This document shows positions 1-9,408 of a stretch of DNA of 64,000 nucleotides, piece after piece (the first letter of the stretch is position 1; each line of letters begins with the position of its first letter). The notes beneath the pieces are model-generated. The model was not told the DNA's origin, did no database searches, and saw nothing but the letters and a program-made list of their open reading frames with translations. Made by a program: the position numbers and the translations under genes. This stretch comes from Myxococcota bacterium (GTDB lineage Bacteria > Myxococcota_A > SURF-8): NCBI GenBank assembly GCA_963674735.2, contig CAXXQS010000001.1:1344001-1408000 (forward strand). Direction: 5' to 3'.

Positions 1-368
1 CGATGCAGGATGATCCTTTGCGGCTCGGGAAGATCGGCGTGGCACACGTCATAATGGCACTTCAATTCCTCGGACGATTCGGTTAGCTCCTTTTTTAGAG
101 GGTCGGATAGGTGCGAACCTTCCATGGCGTTCGTGATCTTCAACAGCAGTTCACGGCACTTTTGTATACCGGTGCAGCCCTGGTGCAGACCTTCATGCGC
201 CTTCTTAAACTCTTCGATTTGAAGGGGAAGAAGAAGCTCGAATTTCTTCAGTTCGTCCTCTTGCCGCAGTTTGATCTTGTCGCGCCGCCAAAACAACAAG
301 GCGGTTAAGAGAGAAATGCACAGCGACGTGATGGAGGTGATCAGCGCCACCAAGACAGTATCGTTCAT
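1..368 (-). CDS. Hypothetical membrane-anchored protein, runs off the window edge (3' end missing)
   Basis: Read manually; not in the ORF track. ATG at 368, open to position 1: MNDTVLVALITSITSLCISLLTALLFWRRDKIKLRQEDELKKFELL..., an N-terminal TM helix followed by helical sequence. Confidence 0.65.
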   Translation of the reverse strand, partial: MNDTVLVALITSITSLCISLLTALLFWRRDKIKLRQEDELKKFELLLPLQIEEFKKAHEGLHQGCTGIQKCRELLLKITNAMEGSHLSDPLKKELTESSEELKCHYDVCHADLPEPQRIILH

Positions 369-568
369 GCCAAGCTCTCTTTCAGTGAGGCTTCGTACGC
401 CGGAATTGTACCATACAGCCTTTTCAAACATATTGTTTTATGTTGCTGCCGTACATTAGGTGAACGAGTGCTTCTTCATGTATAAATGTATAATGCAACT
501 CGAAGGTTTGGTCAAGCCAAGCCTAGCGTGCTCAGGCATTTTTGAGATGAGTTCTAACTATTATTTTC

Positions 569-1242
569 TCATTTAACAAGCAAAGACCATCGACTTCCGT
601 TTAGTATTTTTTCTCTTTCTACAATATCATCAATAAACATTGGTCCAATGTGTTTTAGCAGACCTAAAATTGATAAAATAGCAACTAATTCGAGAGGACA
701 GCCCAAATAGTAACTGATGCTAATAGTAAATGAATTTCTAATCATCTTACTTGTAGCTCTGTATGTTTTTGAAATAGTATCCAGTCTTTGGTTTTTCAAA
801 GACGCCTTTAAATTAAGTATGGCAGGATCAACATCTCGAGAAATAATACTTTGTACCTGCTCCCAAACATCTAAAATATTCTTTGAAACCTCAATTTTCG
901 CCACTGCTTCCGCAACACCAACCTTAAACGCCTCTAATTCATCTTTCCTTTTTCTTCGAAGCTCAATTATTTCATCGAATTCATAATTATCTAATGTCGG
1001 CAAGTGTCTGTTAAGGATTTCTTGAGCGACAATATTCTCATTCATCATTGTGGTATCAATGATACAGTCACTTGTTTCTTCGTTCCTGCTTTTTAGCAAT
1101 TTACGGACTAGCAATATCGTTGACAAATGGGCTTTTTGAAACATTGGAGACCATGTACAAAGGCTAATTCCATATTTCTCTGCAACATACAACAATGATA
1201 ACATATAATTCGCATAGTTTGCGGGTGACATCAACATCATGA
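569..1242 (-). CDS. AT-rich hypothetical island protein, probably 5'-truncated
   Basis: Long ORF with much lower GC than the core genes. The track start (1279) lies inside the REP hairpin. The segment FDEIIELRRKRKDELEAF recalls DUF6236-like proteins (unverified). Confidence 0.55.
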
Positions 1243-1250
1243 TAAGTCGT

Positions 1251-1323
1251 GTAGGTCGGACAGATTTTCTGTCCGACACAAAGGGAGATTGAAATTGTCG
1301 GACAAAGAATTTGTCCGACCTAC
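1251..1323. repeat. GTAG-type REP doublet (REPIN-like inverted pair)
   Basis: GTAG-GTCGGACAGA-ttt-TCTGTCCGAC-A at 1251-1278, and an inverted copy GTAG-GTCGGACAAA-ttc-TTTGTCCGAC-A on the minus strand at 1296-1323. Confidence 0.8.
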
Positions 1324-1379
1324 GAAACTATTGGAGTGAATGGCAAAACAATATGCCAAACAAGGGGTGGTCTGGAACC

Positions 1380-1558
1380 CTACCTCCCAACCTGCACATG
1401 AATATGATCATCATGCCGGGCGGCTTTGCAGCCTTGGAAGCGGATCTTGTCCAATGTCAGTCCCATCCGCGCTTCAGGTGTGGCTCGATAAGGACCTTCT
1501 GGACTTTGGGATCCCCGACCAGCTGCCGGATCAGGAAGGACGTCCGTTCCGGGTCCAT
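1380..1558 (-). pseudogene. Frameshifted C-terminal remnant of an HxH-motif (MepA/LAS-like) metallopeptidase-type protein
   Basis: MDPERTSFLIRQLVGDPKVQKVLIEPHLK, then after a one-base shift near 1470, RMGLTLDKIRFQGCKAARHDDHIHVQVGR*. An in-frame stop lies just upstream. Confidence 0.6.
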
Positions 1559-1643
1559 TTCAACAGATTCATACAAAGGGTGTATCTATCCTGACATGTC
1601 TCTGAGATCTGTTTTTCTCTCTGAAAAATACTGAACCTCGCAA

Positions 1644-1717
1644 ATCTGCCCCGATTTGCCCCGGAACCCCTCTCCCACAACGCAAAACAGGCACCTACGA
1701 ATGAACGTAAGTGCCTG
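1644..1717 (-). mobile_element. Island junction next to the tRNA 3' end: hairpin plus tandem arm-type repeats
   Basis: Inverted repeat CAGGCAC-CTACG..CGTAA-GTGCCTG at 1688-1717 and direct repeat AT(C/T)TGCCCCG x2 at 1644-1663; foreign-looking DNA lies beyond. Confidence 0.5.
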
Positions 1718-1726
1718 ATTTTATTA

Positions 1727-1813
1727 TGGTGCCGAAGGCGAGACTCGAACTCGCACATCCTTACGGACACTAGACCCTGAACCTAGCGCGTCTACCAATT
1801 CCGCCACTCCGGC
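1727..1813 (-). tRNA. tRNA-Leu (anticodon CAG)
   Basis: GCCGGAGTGGCGGAATTGGTAGACGCG-CTAGG-TT-CAG-GG-TCTAG, long variable arm, GTTCGAGT T-loop, encoded CCA end; 87 nt. Confidence 0.97.
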
Positions 1814-2103
1814 AATCTCATCTGCAAAGAACGACGCTCTGTCGTTGCGGTCGATATAGCTATCACACCGCCTGCGGACTTGGCAAGAAAAAAATTCTAA
1901 AAGTTGTGCCATGCACGACCGGATAACGAGCTTGATTTCAAAAGCACAACCCAAATCGGGACTCGGGTGCGGGTGGTATGGGTAGCCGACGAATCGCCAA
2001 TCCTGACGATCCTGGCGAAAGTCCAGATTTCCCTTTAATAATCCGCATGTTTTGTATTAGTATACCATAAGAACATCTGTTTAATTCGGAAAAGGGTAGT
2101 TCG

Positions 2104-3849
2104 ATGAGACGGAACAAGAGCCTGTTTGTTTGGGCGTGCATCGCATCGATGTGTTTTTGCTTGTTGTCGGCGTGTAACGAGTCGGAATCCGACGAAGTGG
2201 CGGAACGCTGCACGCAAGATACGGATTGTGCGACCGGTGAGACGTGTCTGGGCGGTTTATGCCAGACTCAGAGCGGAACCGAACCGGAATGCATCGCGGA
2301 TTTGGACTGCCCGGTCGGAAAGCTGTGCAATACGTCAACGGGGCTTTGCGTCGACCTGGAAGATGTCGTTCCGGATGAGCCGGACTGCCCGGAAGCCGAG
2401 CAATGCACCGGCGTGGACGACTGCACGAACAAAGGCTATGTCGGGTATCTTTGCGTCTTGGGTTGCTGCGTCGATCCCAATGCCGATGGCGATGATCCCG
2501 ACGGCGACAACCCCGATGGTGACAATCCCGATGGCGATCAACCCGCAGACTGTACGACCACCGGCTGTGACGACAATTACGAGTGCAACAGCGAAACCGG
2601 CCGCTGCGACCCGTCGGACGATCATTGCGCGGTGGCGGGCTGTCCGCTGAAATTCAGTTGCGATGAAGTCACGGGGGAATGCTCGCCGGCCGCCGACCAT
2701 TGCAGTAACGTCGGGTGTGACGAGCTGTTCGATTGCAATACGGAAACCGGCGTATGTGAACCCTCGGTTGAGAACTGCACCCAGGCGGGGTGTCCGAATT
2801 TATTCACCTGCAATCCCGATACGGGCCGCTGCGATCCCGGCGCCGAGCATTGCTCGACCACTCTCGAATGCCAGGCTCCTTACGTTTGCAACGAACAAAG
2901 CGGTCTGTGCGAGGCGGGGCCGGATCACTGCTCGGTAACCCCGTGCAGCAGCTATTTCGATTGCAACGCCGAAAGCGGCTTGTGCGAACCGAACGCCACC
3001 CACTGCGACACGGTCGGCTGTGACAACCACTACACGTGCAATCAAGCAACCGGGGAATGCGACGCCGACGCCTCTCATTGTTCGAATGCCGGTTGCGACG
3101 AGTTGTTCGCCTGCAACCAGAGCAGCGGTGATTGCGAACCGGGGCCGGGGCACTGCTCCTTCGACGGCTGCAGCTACAGCTATCTCTGCAACGCCTCGAC
3201 CGGCACCTGCGCTCCCGATCCGTCTTCCTGCGGTGGCAGTTGCGACGGACGCCCCGATCAATTCTGCATCAATGACGGTCCCTTCCTGTGCGAGTGCAAA
3301 AGCGACTATCTCTACATCACCGATTGCGAGCAGGATTGCTACGACGAGGGTTATCCCTTCTTCGATAGCTGCAGCTACTACACCGACTCCGATACTCCGA
3401 GCAACAGCGGTTATCGCTGCGATTGCGATAACTACGCGTCGTCCGATGGCACCTGCGCAAGCCCGATCGACATCGAGGAGTTTCCCTACAAACACTATTG
3501 GGACGTTATTTTCGCCGCGAATGCCTTGGGGTATGGCGGCTGCACTCCGGCTGCGGGCTCCTACAATCCATCGGGAGATGGCGGGGAGCACGTCTATCGC
3601 TTCGAAGCCGAGGCGGGGGATGTGATCTCGATCGGTATCGTCAACGAGATGCCGTTTTTTGGAGACCCGTTTGCCACCGTGCGGGACACCTGCGGCAACA
3701 ACTTCACCTTCTGTACGATCGGAAACAGCTCCGGAACTTTGGGCAACGACAGTTTCACCGTCAGCATCCCGTCGGACGGAACGTATTATCTGACCGTCGA
3801 AAACACGAACGCCCTCGGAGTGTATACGCTGAATGTCAGCAAGAACTGA
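2104..3849 (+). CDS. Cys-rich repeat lipoprotein with a C-terminal PPC-like beta-sandwich
   Basis: Lipobox LSAC; DGDxP linker; nine ~25-aa four-Cys repeats; C-terminal EHVYRF...GDVISI...SDGTYYLTVE pattern. Confidence 0.85.
   Translation: MRRNKSLFVWACIASMCFCLLSACNESESDEVAERCTQDTDCATGETCLGGLCQTQSGTEPECIADLDCPVGKLCNTSTGLCVDLEDVVPDEPDCPEAEQCTGVDDCTNKGYVGYLCVLGCCVDPNADGDDPDGDNPDGDNPDGDQPADCTTTGCDDNYECNSETGRCDPSDDHCAVAGCPLKFSCDEVTGECSPAADHCSNVGCDELFDCNTETGVCEPSVENCTQAGCPNLFTCNPDTGRCDPGAEHCSTTLECQAPYVCNEQSGLCEAGPDHCSVTPCSSYFDCNAESGLCEPNATHCDTVGCDNHYTCNQATGECDADASHCSNAGCDELFACNQSSGDCEPGPGHCSFDGCSYSYLCNASTGTCAPDPSSCGGSCDGRPDQFCINDGPFLCECKSDYLYITDCEQDCYDEGYPFFDSCSYYTDSDTPSNSGYRCDCDNYASSDGTCASPIDIEEFPYKHYWDVIFAANALGYGGCTPAAGSYNPSGDGGEHVYRFEAEAGDVISIGIVNEMPFFGDPFATVRDTCGNNFTFCTIGNSSGTLGNDSFTVSIPSDGTYYLTVENTNALGVYTLNVSKN
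2485..2544 (+). repeat. 15-bp coding tandem repeat x4 (DGDDP/DGDNP/DGDNP/DGDQP)
   Basis: gatggcgatgatccc gacggcgacaacccc gatggtgacaatccc gatggcgatcaaccc. Confidence 0.9.
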
Positions 3850-3865
3850 TCGAGAGAGTGAATCG

Positions 3866-6367
3866 CTACTTTTCGTTCACGGTTCTCCACAACTCAAAGC
3901 CGTTTTGGTCGGCCGTGTAGAGGTGACGGTAGATGCCGTAAGCCTTTAAAACCCGGCGAGTGTAGCGGCGGGTTTCCGTGTACGGGATTTCCTCCACAAA
4001 CACATCCATGGGAATGTCTCCCAGTTCGTTGCGCCAGCGGTTGACCGCTCCGGGCCCGGCGTTGTAGGACGAAATCGCCAAGGCGTGATTGCCGTTGAAA
4101 CGTTTGATCAAATCGCTCAAATGATGGCTGCCGAAGCGAATCGCGGTGTCCGGTTCGGTCAGGTCGTCCAACTTGAAGTGTTTGACGCCGAGTTGTCGGG
4201 CAATGGCGCGACCGGTGGAGCGGATGATCTGTGTGAGGCCGACGGCATTGGCGAATGAGCGGATCTCCGCATGAAAACTCGATTCTTCGCGCATCAGGGC
4301 GAAAAGCAGCATCGGATCCAGACCGACTTCCTTGCAGCGCGTGAGAACTTCTTCGCGGTAAGGCGTCGGATAGGCCAGCCGCCATTGGCTGCGATGGGTG
4401 ACCCCCGGATAAACCTTCGTGTAACTGTTGAAAGTCGTGCGCGATAGCTGCACCGTTCGGTAGATGTCCCCCGCCAGGGTATACAGGTAAGCCAGGAAGG
4501 CTCCGATTTCATCGCGTTCCGGAAAGGCTTTCTGCAAGGCGGAAAACTCGCGCCGGGCTTCCTTTTTGCGTCCCAAGGCCAGCCACTCCATGCCTTTGGC
4601 AAAATGCGGATTCCGGGCAAGGGGCGTAATGTCTTGGTTGAGATCGTGAGATAGGGCGAAACCGGTAAGATCGGCTTTTTGACTGAAAACGCCGGGCAGG
4701 GGAGCGCCGATTTCCTGCAAACGCTGTCCGGCCAGGATCGAGTAATAACTGAGTGGATAATCGGTGACGAGGGACAGCCAGATACGAGCCGCATCGGTTT
4801 TCTTGTTGCGAAGCAGGGCGATCCGTCCCAACCAATAGAGCCCGCGTTCGCGCTCGAAACGGCTGACATCGTTAAGGGCCAACTTCGAGAAATAGGCCTT
4901 CGCCGACGAGAATTGACCCTCGCGAAAATGCAGCCATCCCACGTACCATTGTGCATCGAGGGCGTGGCGGCAATCGGGATGGCGACGCGCCAATTCGGCG
5001 AAAACGGCCCGAGCCTGCCCGGTTTCGTCTATTTTTTTGTAGGCCTTTCCCATCAAATAGCGGGTGTGGCAGGCCTTTTCATGATTGGGGAAACGCTCCA
5101 AAAACTCGTGTCCGAGACGAAGCGTGTCGGACACCTCGCTTTTACGTAAATGCGCATCCAAGCGTTCGTACAAGGCCTCTCCCAGCGGACCGTCATCCAG
5201 GCGCGTCTGGTTTACCCGGCGATAAGTGGCGATGGCATCGGTGTAGCGCCGTCGGGAAAACTGAGCCCGGGCCAGAGCCAACAGGGCTTGCCCCTTCAAC
5301 TCGGTGATGTCGTTTCGCGGGAAGAGCGGCATCACCTGCTCCACCCAGCGTTGGGCCTTGCGATATTCGTAACGGCGCATGAACCAGCTCGCCTGAGCAA
5401 CGGCCACTTCGATTTTTTCAGGCCACCGCAGCGGCGTCAGCCCAAACGACGCCAGCCGGTCCCGCGCGACTTTGCTGAACCCGATATCGGGTTCGCTTTT
5501 CATGACATCCAGCAGCAATTCGCGCGCCAGATCGCGGCGGTAACGCAAAATCAGCCCAGCCAGCTCCAGTTTGACTTGCGGAATCCGCCAATGATTCGGA
5601 TTGCGAACCAAAAGCTTTTCCAACTCTTCCCGCGCAACCGGATCCTTCAAGCGGACGAGGCAAAAAGCCAAACGAAATCGAGCTTGTAGATGCAAACGGC
5701 TGTCGGCCGGGATGGCGGCGAAACGCGACCGCGCCTCCGGCCAGTCGCCCATCTGAAATGCGGTTTCACCGAGATAATATTGCAGGTAGTCGTCGATCAG
5801 CGGGTAAGCTCCATCCAGCTTGAGGAAGAGCTCACGAGCTTTTTCGGGCTCATTGTTGTCGAAATATTCAAGCGCCAGCAACAACGTTAACCGCTTCACT
5901 TGCCAGGGGTCTTTTTCGATGCTGATCAAGGTATCCAGTGCGGCCCGACAATCTTCAGGTGTGCTTGTTTCGTCATCGTGGCAGGCATCGGTGAGAACGG
6001 CATATTGAGACGAAGCAAAATAGTCGGCTGGGTTAATCTGAGCGATGGTGATTCTCGGAGAGCTTTCGCCTCCGAAAGGCGTGGAATACACGGGGGTGAT
6101 AAACGCACTACAGGAGGCGGAAATCAACAACAACGTCAAAGCGATGATTCGTAACACTGGACGCCTCTGCGGCTCGCGGAGTTTTGTATCGTTTCGACCG
6201 TGCAATTGTCCTTCCCATTCCGGACCACGGCTCACTCTTTCTATCGGATTTGGCCGATCAATGCAAGGAACGACGGGCAAGGAAGTTGAAATCGGTCGTT
6301 TGGGGAGAATTAGTCCGTAAAAATCATGTGACACGTATCGTTGGATGGTATAATCTAAAAGCCACAA
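3866..6367 (-). CDS. Soluble lytic transglycosylase (Slt70-like) with TPR repeats; true start probably downstream
   Basis: MREESSF catalytic motif, AVGLTQI, SYNAGPG, IPYTETRRY; long TPR region; hydrophobic signal at residues ~72-88. Confidence 0.92.
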   Translation of the reverse strand: MWLLDYTIQRYVSHDFYGLILPKRPISTSLPVVPCIDRPNPIERVSRGPEWEGQLHGRNDTKLREPQRRPVLRIIALTLLLISASCSAFITPVYSTPFGGESSPRITIAQINPADYFASSQYAVLTDACHDDETSTPEDCRAALDTLISIEKDPWQVKRLTLLLALEYFDNNEPEKARELFLKLDGAYPLIDDYLQYYLGETAFQMGDWPEARSRFAAIPADSRLHLQARFRLAFCLVRLKDPVAREELEKLLVRNPNHWRIPQVKLELAGLILRYRRDLARELLLDVMKSEPDIGFSKVARDRLASFGLTPLRWPEKIEVAVAQASWFMRRYEYRKAQRWVEQVMPLFPRNDITELKGQALLALARAQFSRRRYTDAIATYRRVNQTRLDDGPLGEALYERLDAHLRKSEVSDTLRLGHEFLERFPNHEKACHTRYLMGKAYKKIDETGQARAVFAELARRHPDCRHALDAQWYVGWLHFREGQFSSAKAYFSKLALNDVSRFERERGLYWLGRIALLRNKKTDAARIWLSLVTDYPLSYYSILAGQRLQEIGAPLPGVFSQKADLTGFALSHDLNQDITPLARNPHFAKGMEWLALGRKKEARREFSALQKAFPERDEIGAFLAYLYTLAGDIYRTVQLSRTTFNSYTKVYPGVTHRSQWRLAYPTPYREEVLTRCKEVGLDPMLLFALMREESSFHAEIRSFANAVGLTQIIRSTGRAIARQLGVKHFKLDDLTEPDTAIRFGSHHLSDLIKRFNGNHALAISSYNAGPGAVNRWRNELGDIPMDVFVEEIPYTETRRYTRRVLKAYGIYRHLYTADQNGFELWRTVNEK

Positions 6368-6390
6368 CTAAGCTAAATGAGAAGGTCGCC

Positions 6391-6873
6391 ATGCGTGAGG
6401 TTAAACGAATTCTGGTTGGTATCGATTACTCGGAGTATTCCCGAGAAGCCGCCCGTTACGCCTTATACTTGGCCGAGCATCTAAAGGCCGATGTGGATTT
6501 TCTGCATATTTGCGATCTTCCGGCCTATGTCGGTTCCGGCTACGGTCCTTATCAGTTGGCGCCGGTGAAAAATTACATCAACAAGCAGAAAGAGCTCGAA
6601 TCCGCCAGCTTGGATGAAATGAAGCGATTTATCGGCGAATTCGATCATGGCAAAGTCACCGTCAACTATCATGTGACCAGCGGGAATGCGCCGGCTGAGG
6701 TCATTCGCTTCGCGGAAGAATTAAAGGTTGATCTGATCGTGGTCGGGACACACGGCAGGGCTGGTTTGTCGCAGCTTCTGCTCGGCTCGGTTGCCGAAAA
6801 GGTGGTCCGCAAGGCAAGACGTCCCGTGTTGACCGTCAAACTGACCAACCAGGATTTTATCATAACGGGGTGA
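6391..6873 (+). CDS. Universal stress protein
   Basis: KRILVGIDYSEYS; DLIVVGTHGRAGLSQLLLGSVAEKVVR; ATG 6391 follows AAGGT. Confidence 0.93.
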   Translation: MREVKRILVGIDYSEYSREAARYALYLAEHLKADVDFLHICDLPAYVGSGYGPYQLAPVKNYINKQKELESASLDEMKRFIGEFDHGKVTVNYHVTSGNAPAEVIRFAEELKVDLIVVGTHGRAGLSQLLLGSVAEKVVRKARRPVLTVKLTNQDFIITG

Positions 6874-8249
6874 GTTCAAGCGTGGCCAGACGGTTGTCAG
6901 TCTCGGCGGTTTGGGGGATCGTCTGTATGATTTTCATGTCGGGCGTCGGCTCGGCTGTGGAGGTCGAGTTGTGGCCGGAGACGATCTTTCAGCTTCAGCA
7001 GTATCGGGATGTCGAGCAATTGAAAATCGATAGAACCCGTTTTACCCAATATCTCACGCTCAATTTGTTCGAATCGGTCGAAGAACCCAGACACCTATTC
7101 TTTTCGTCCCTGAGAGTCGATCTGGAGATGGGACGCGACAATTCCCCGGATGCCTCGCTTTTACCCTCACAATACCAACATATCGCGCTGCTCTATGCTT
7201 ATTACGAGTGGCGGCGAATCGGCGACATGGTGGATTTGACGATCGGTCGCCAGGTTTTAAACGATGAACTCGGCATCTACCCCATGGACGGCGTTCGCGC
7301 GGTTTTCTACCGCAACTGGCACGTCGGGGTAGATATTTACAGCGGTTTGGAGATCAAGGGTGCACTTAGCGCCGGAGATCGCGGACTGGATTTGCCGAAT
7401 TCCGATACCCACGAGCCGGATGGCTTGATCGACGACGATCACATGACCGGCGTCTTCGGTGCATCCGTCTTTTTGGACGGCTTTCAGGATACACAGGCCA
7501 AGGTTCAGTTCCGCCAGCGGTACTCCGGTGCGACGGACGGCCAGGATCTTTCGCTTTTCATTCGGCAGCAGCTTTTCGATATCTGGGAAATCTACACCGT
7601 CGACAGCTTCAGCCTCCTTCTGACACGCTTCGAGCAGGTTCAGTTGGGTACGACCGTGGATCTGGACTGGATCGCCATCAATCTCGAACACGCCAGTTGG
7701 ACGCCGACTTTCGACGGCGATTCGATCTTCAATTTATTCGCGGCTTATAGCGAGAAAAGCCTGTCCGCCAACGTCTATCTGGCTCCGGACGATAAAACGA
7801 CCATCAATTTGGGTTACAGCCGCCAGACTCAAAACGGAGATGGTGCGTTCTTCGATTCCTGGGGAAACGAGGGAAATGCGTCGGATTTCGTCGATGTTTC
7901 CATCGGACGTTCGATCGGAGAAATCGCCGATGTGCGCGCCTCCTACGATTTCAATCGCGGCTGGGGAGGCGATTACCATCGCATGGCGTTGGGCGGTGGC
8001 GTCTTTCTCTGGCAGCGGCGCGTCCGCCTCGATGCGGATTGGACCGGGACTTTTTTCGAAAAGCTGACCTACAACGATCTGCTGACCGGCATCACCAACG
8101 AAGGACTCTCCTGGGGAGTCTCCGGCAAATCGACGTTTCGCGTGTACAAAGAACTTTCCCTGGCGTTGCAGGGCGATGTTTACTCGAATCGTTTCATCGA
8201 AAGGCAGTTCGCATTGTATATGCGCCTCGAGGTTAGATTGTGGAGATAA
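6870..8249 (+). CDS. Putative outer-membrane beta-barrel protein (candidate porin for the cytochrome)
   Basis: Signal peptide, alternating aromatic/polar strands, DLTIGRQ..MDGVR pattern, C-terminal strand RLEVRLWR; GTGA overlap with usp. Confidence 0.7.
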   Translation: MSSSVARRLSVSAVWGIVCMIFMSGVGSAVEVELWPETIFQLQQYRDVEQLKIDRTRFTQYLTLNLFESVEEPRHLFFSSLRVDLEMGRDNSPDASLLPSQYQHIALLYAYYEWRRIGDMVDLTIGRQVLNDELGIYPMDGVRAVFYRNWHVGVDIYSGLEIKGALSAGDRGLDLPNSDTHEPDGLIDDDHMTGVFGASVFLDGFQDTQAKVQFRQRYSGATDGQDLSLFIRQQLFDIWEIYTVDSFSLLLTRFEQVQLGTTVDLDWIAINLEHASWTPTFDGDSIFNLFAAYSEKSLSANVYLAPDDKTTINLGYSRQTQNGDGAFFDSWGNEGNASDFVDVSIGRSIGEIADVRASYDFNRGWGGDYHRMALGGGVFLWQRRVRLDADWTGTFFEKLTYNDLLTGITNEGLSWGVSGKSTFRVYKELSLALQGDVYSNRFIERQFALYMRLEVRLWR

Positions 8250-8253
8250 ACGA

Positions 8254-9408
8254 TTGAAACAACGAAGAAATACGCTTAAGTTTGTCGCACTTGGATGGCT
8301 GCTGATCGGTTTTGGAATCGGTGGGTTTTTATGGGCTGCGGCACCGCAAGAGGTTCCGGGCTTCGATGTCGTCTATCCACCCTCGGATAGCGCCCTGATT
8401 TTCAGCCACCGTATCCACAAAGGTTTTGAGTGCGCGACTTGCCACAAAGAGGCACAAACCAGTTCAAAAGCGGCAGACCGGCTGATTCCGACCGAAGCGA
8501 TCTGCGGGCGTTGTCATGCAAATCAGGTTCGAACGCAGGTCAACGAAGCCGGAACCGCCGCACGATGCGCAACCTGTCATCGGGATTACAAGCCCGACAA
8601 CTCGGCCAGGCCGGATCGCGTCAACTGGCCGACCGCCAATCTCGTCTTTTCGCATCAAACGCACGTGCAGCGGATGATGAAGTGCGAAAGCTGTCACATC
8701 GGGGTGGCCGATTCCGATCAATCCGGCGGCCGTCATCTGCCACGTGAAGCGCATTGTTTGAGCTGCCACGGCGGTAAACGCAGTACGGCCGACTGCAACC
8801 AATGCCATCCCGATCTGCCTTCGGGAGAAATGCAGACGGATTTCAAAGGGAAAAAGCTCATCCCGTCTTCGGGCGTAATGAATCATTTTCGGGACTGGAC
8901 GCGTCGTCATGCGAAAGAGGCGGCTTATCAGGAACGTAGTTGCAAAACCTGTCACCAGCAACGCTTCTGCAATGCCTGTCACGACGGCGTCATGAAACCG
9001 ATGAAAATCCATCCTGAAGACTATGCGACGATGCATTCGATCGATGCACGTAAGAACCGTAACAAATGCTCGTCCTGCCACCGATACCAGAGCTTTTGTG
9101 TGGATTGCCACACGAAAATGGGGGTCAGTACGAAATCCGAACTAAAATCGCGCAGGGCGAAAATTCATCCCGATGGGTTCGGCGACTGCCAGGCCGGACC
9201 CAATCATCATGGGTTCCAGGCGAAACGCTCGCTGTCATCCTGTGTCAGTTGTCATACGGAAGAAGACTGCCTTCGCTGTCATCAAGTCGGCGCGCCATGC
9301 GGAGGCGGTGTTCGTATCCATCGGCACATGAGCAAGAAGCAACTTTCGAGAATGAAGAAACAAAACTCGCGCGCGTGCAAGAAGTGTCATGGCGACAATA
9401 TTCCATAG
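8254..9408 (+). CDS. Exported multiheme c-type cytochrome (13 CxxCH)
   Basis: 13 CxxCH motifs counted; FSH..H motifs of the cytochrome c3/c7 type; N-terminal signal; TTG 8254 follows GGAG. Confidence 0.93.
   Translation: MKQRRNTLKFVALGWLLIGFGIGGFLWAAAPQEVPGFDVVYPPSDSALIFSHRIHKGFECATCHKEAQTSSKAADRLIPTEAICGRCHANQVRTQVNEAGTAARCATCHRDYKPDNSARPDRVNWPTANLVFSHQTHVQRMMKCESCHIGVADSDQSGGRHLPREAHCLSCHGGKRSTADCNQCHPDLPSGEMQTDFKGKKLIPSSGVMNHFRDWTRRHAKEAAYQERSCKTCHQQRFCNACHDGVMKPMKIHPEDYATMHSIDARKNRNKCSSCHRYQSFCVDCHTKMGVSTKSELKSRRAKIHPDGFGDCQAGPNHHGFQAKRSLSSCVSCHTEEDCLRCHQVGAPCGGGVRIHRHMSKKQLSRMKKQNSRACKKCHGDNIP

Noticed and set aside
370-568. Integron attC site or IS end between the island ORFs
   Set aside because: A GTTAGAA-like word exists on the minus strand, but no paired attC boxes, partner inverted repeat, integrase or transposase were found.
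1251-1323. Mini CRISPR array
   Set aside because: The two units are inverted rather than direct repeats with spacers, and there are no cas genes.
1311-1634. Plus-strand ORFs 1311-1634 and 1340-1594
   Set aside because: Shadows of the minus-strand remnant; one starts within the REP hairpin.
2800-3625. Long alternative-frame ORFs here and elsewhere (e.g. 19392-20165, 50730-51344, 53837-54763)
   Set aside because: They overlap well-supported genes, lack motifs, and are expected from codon bias.
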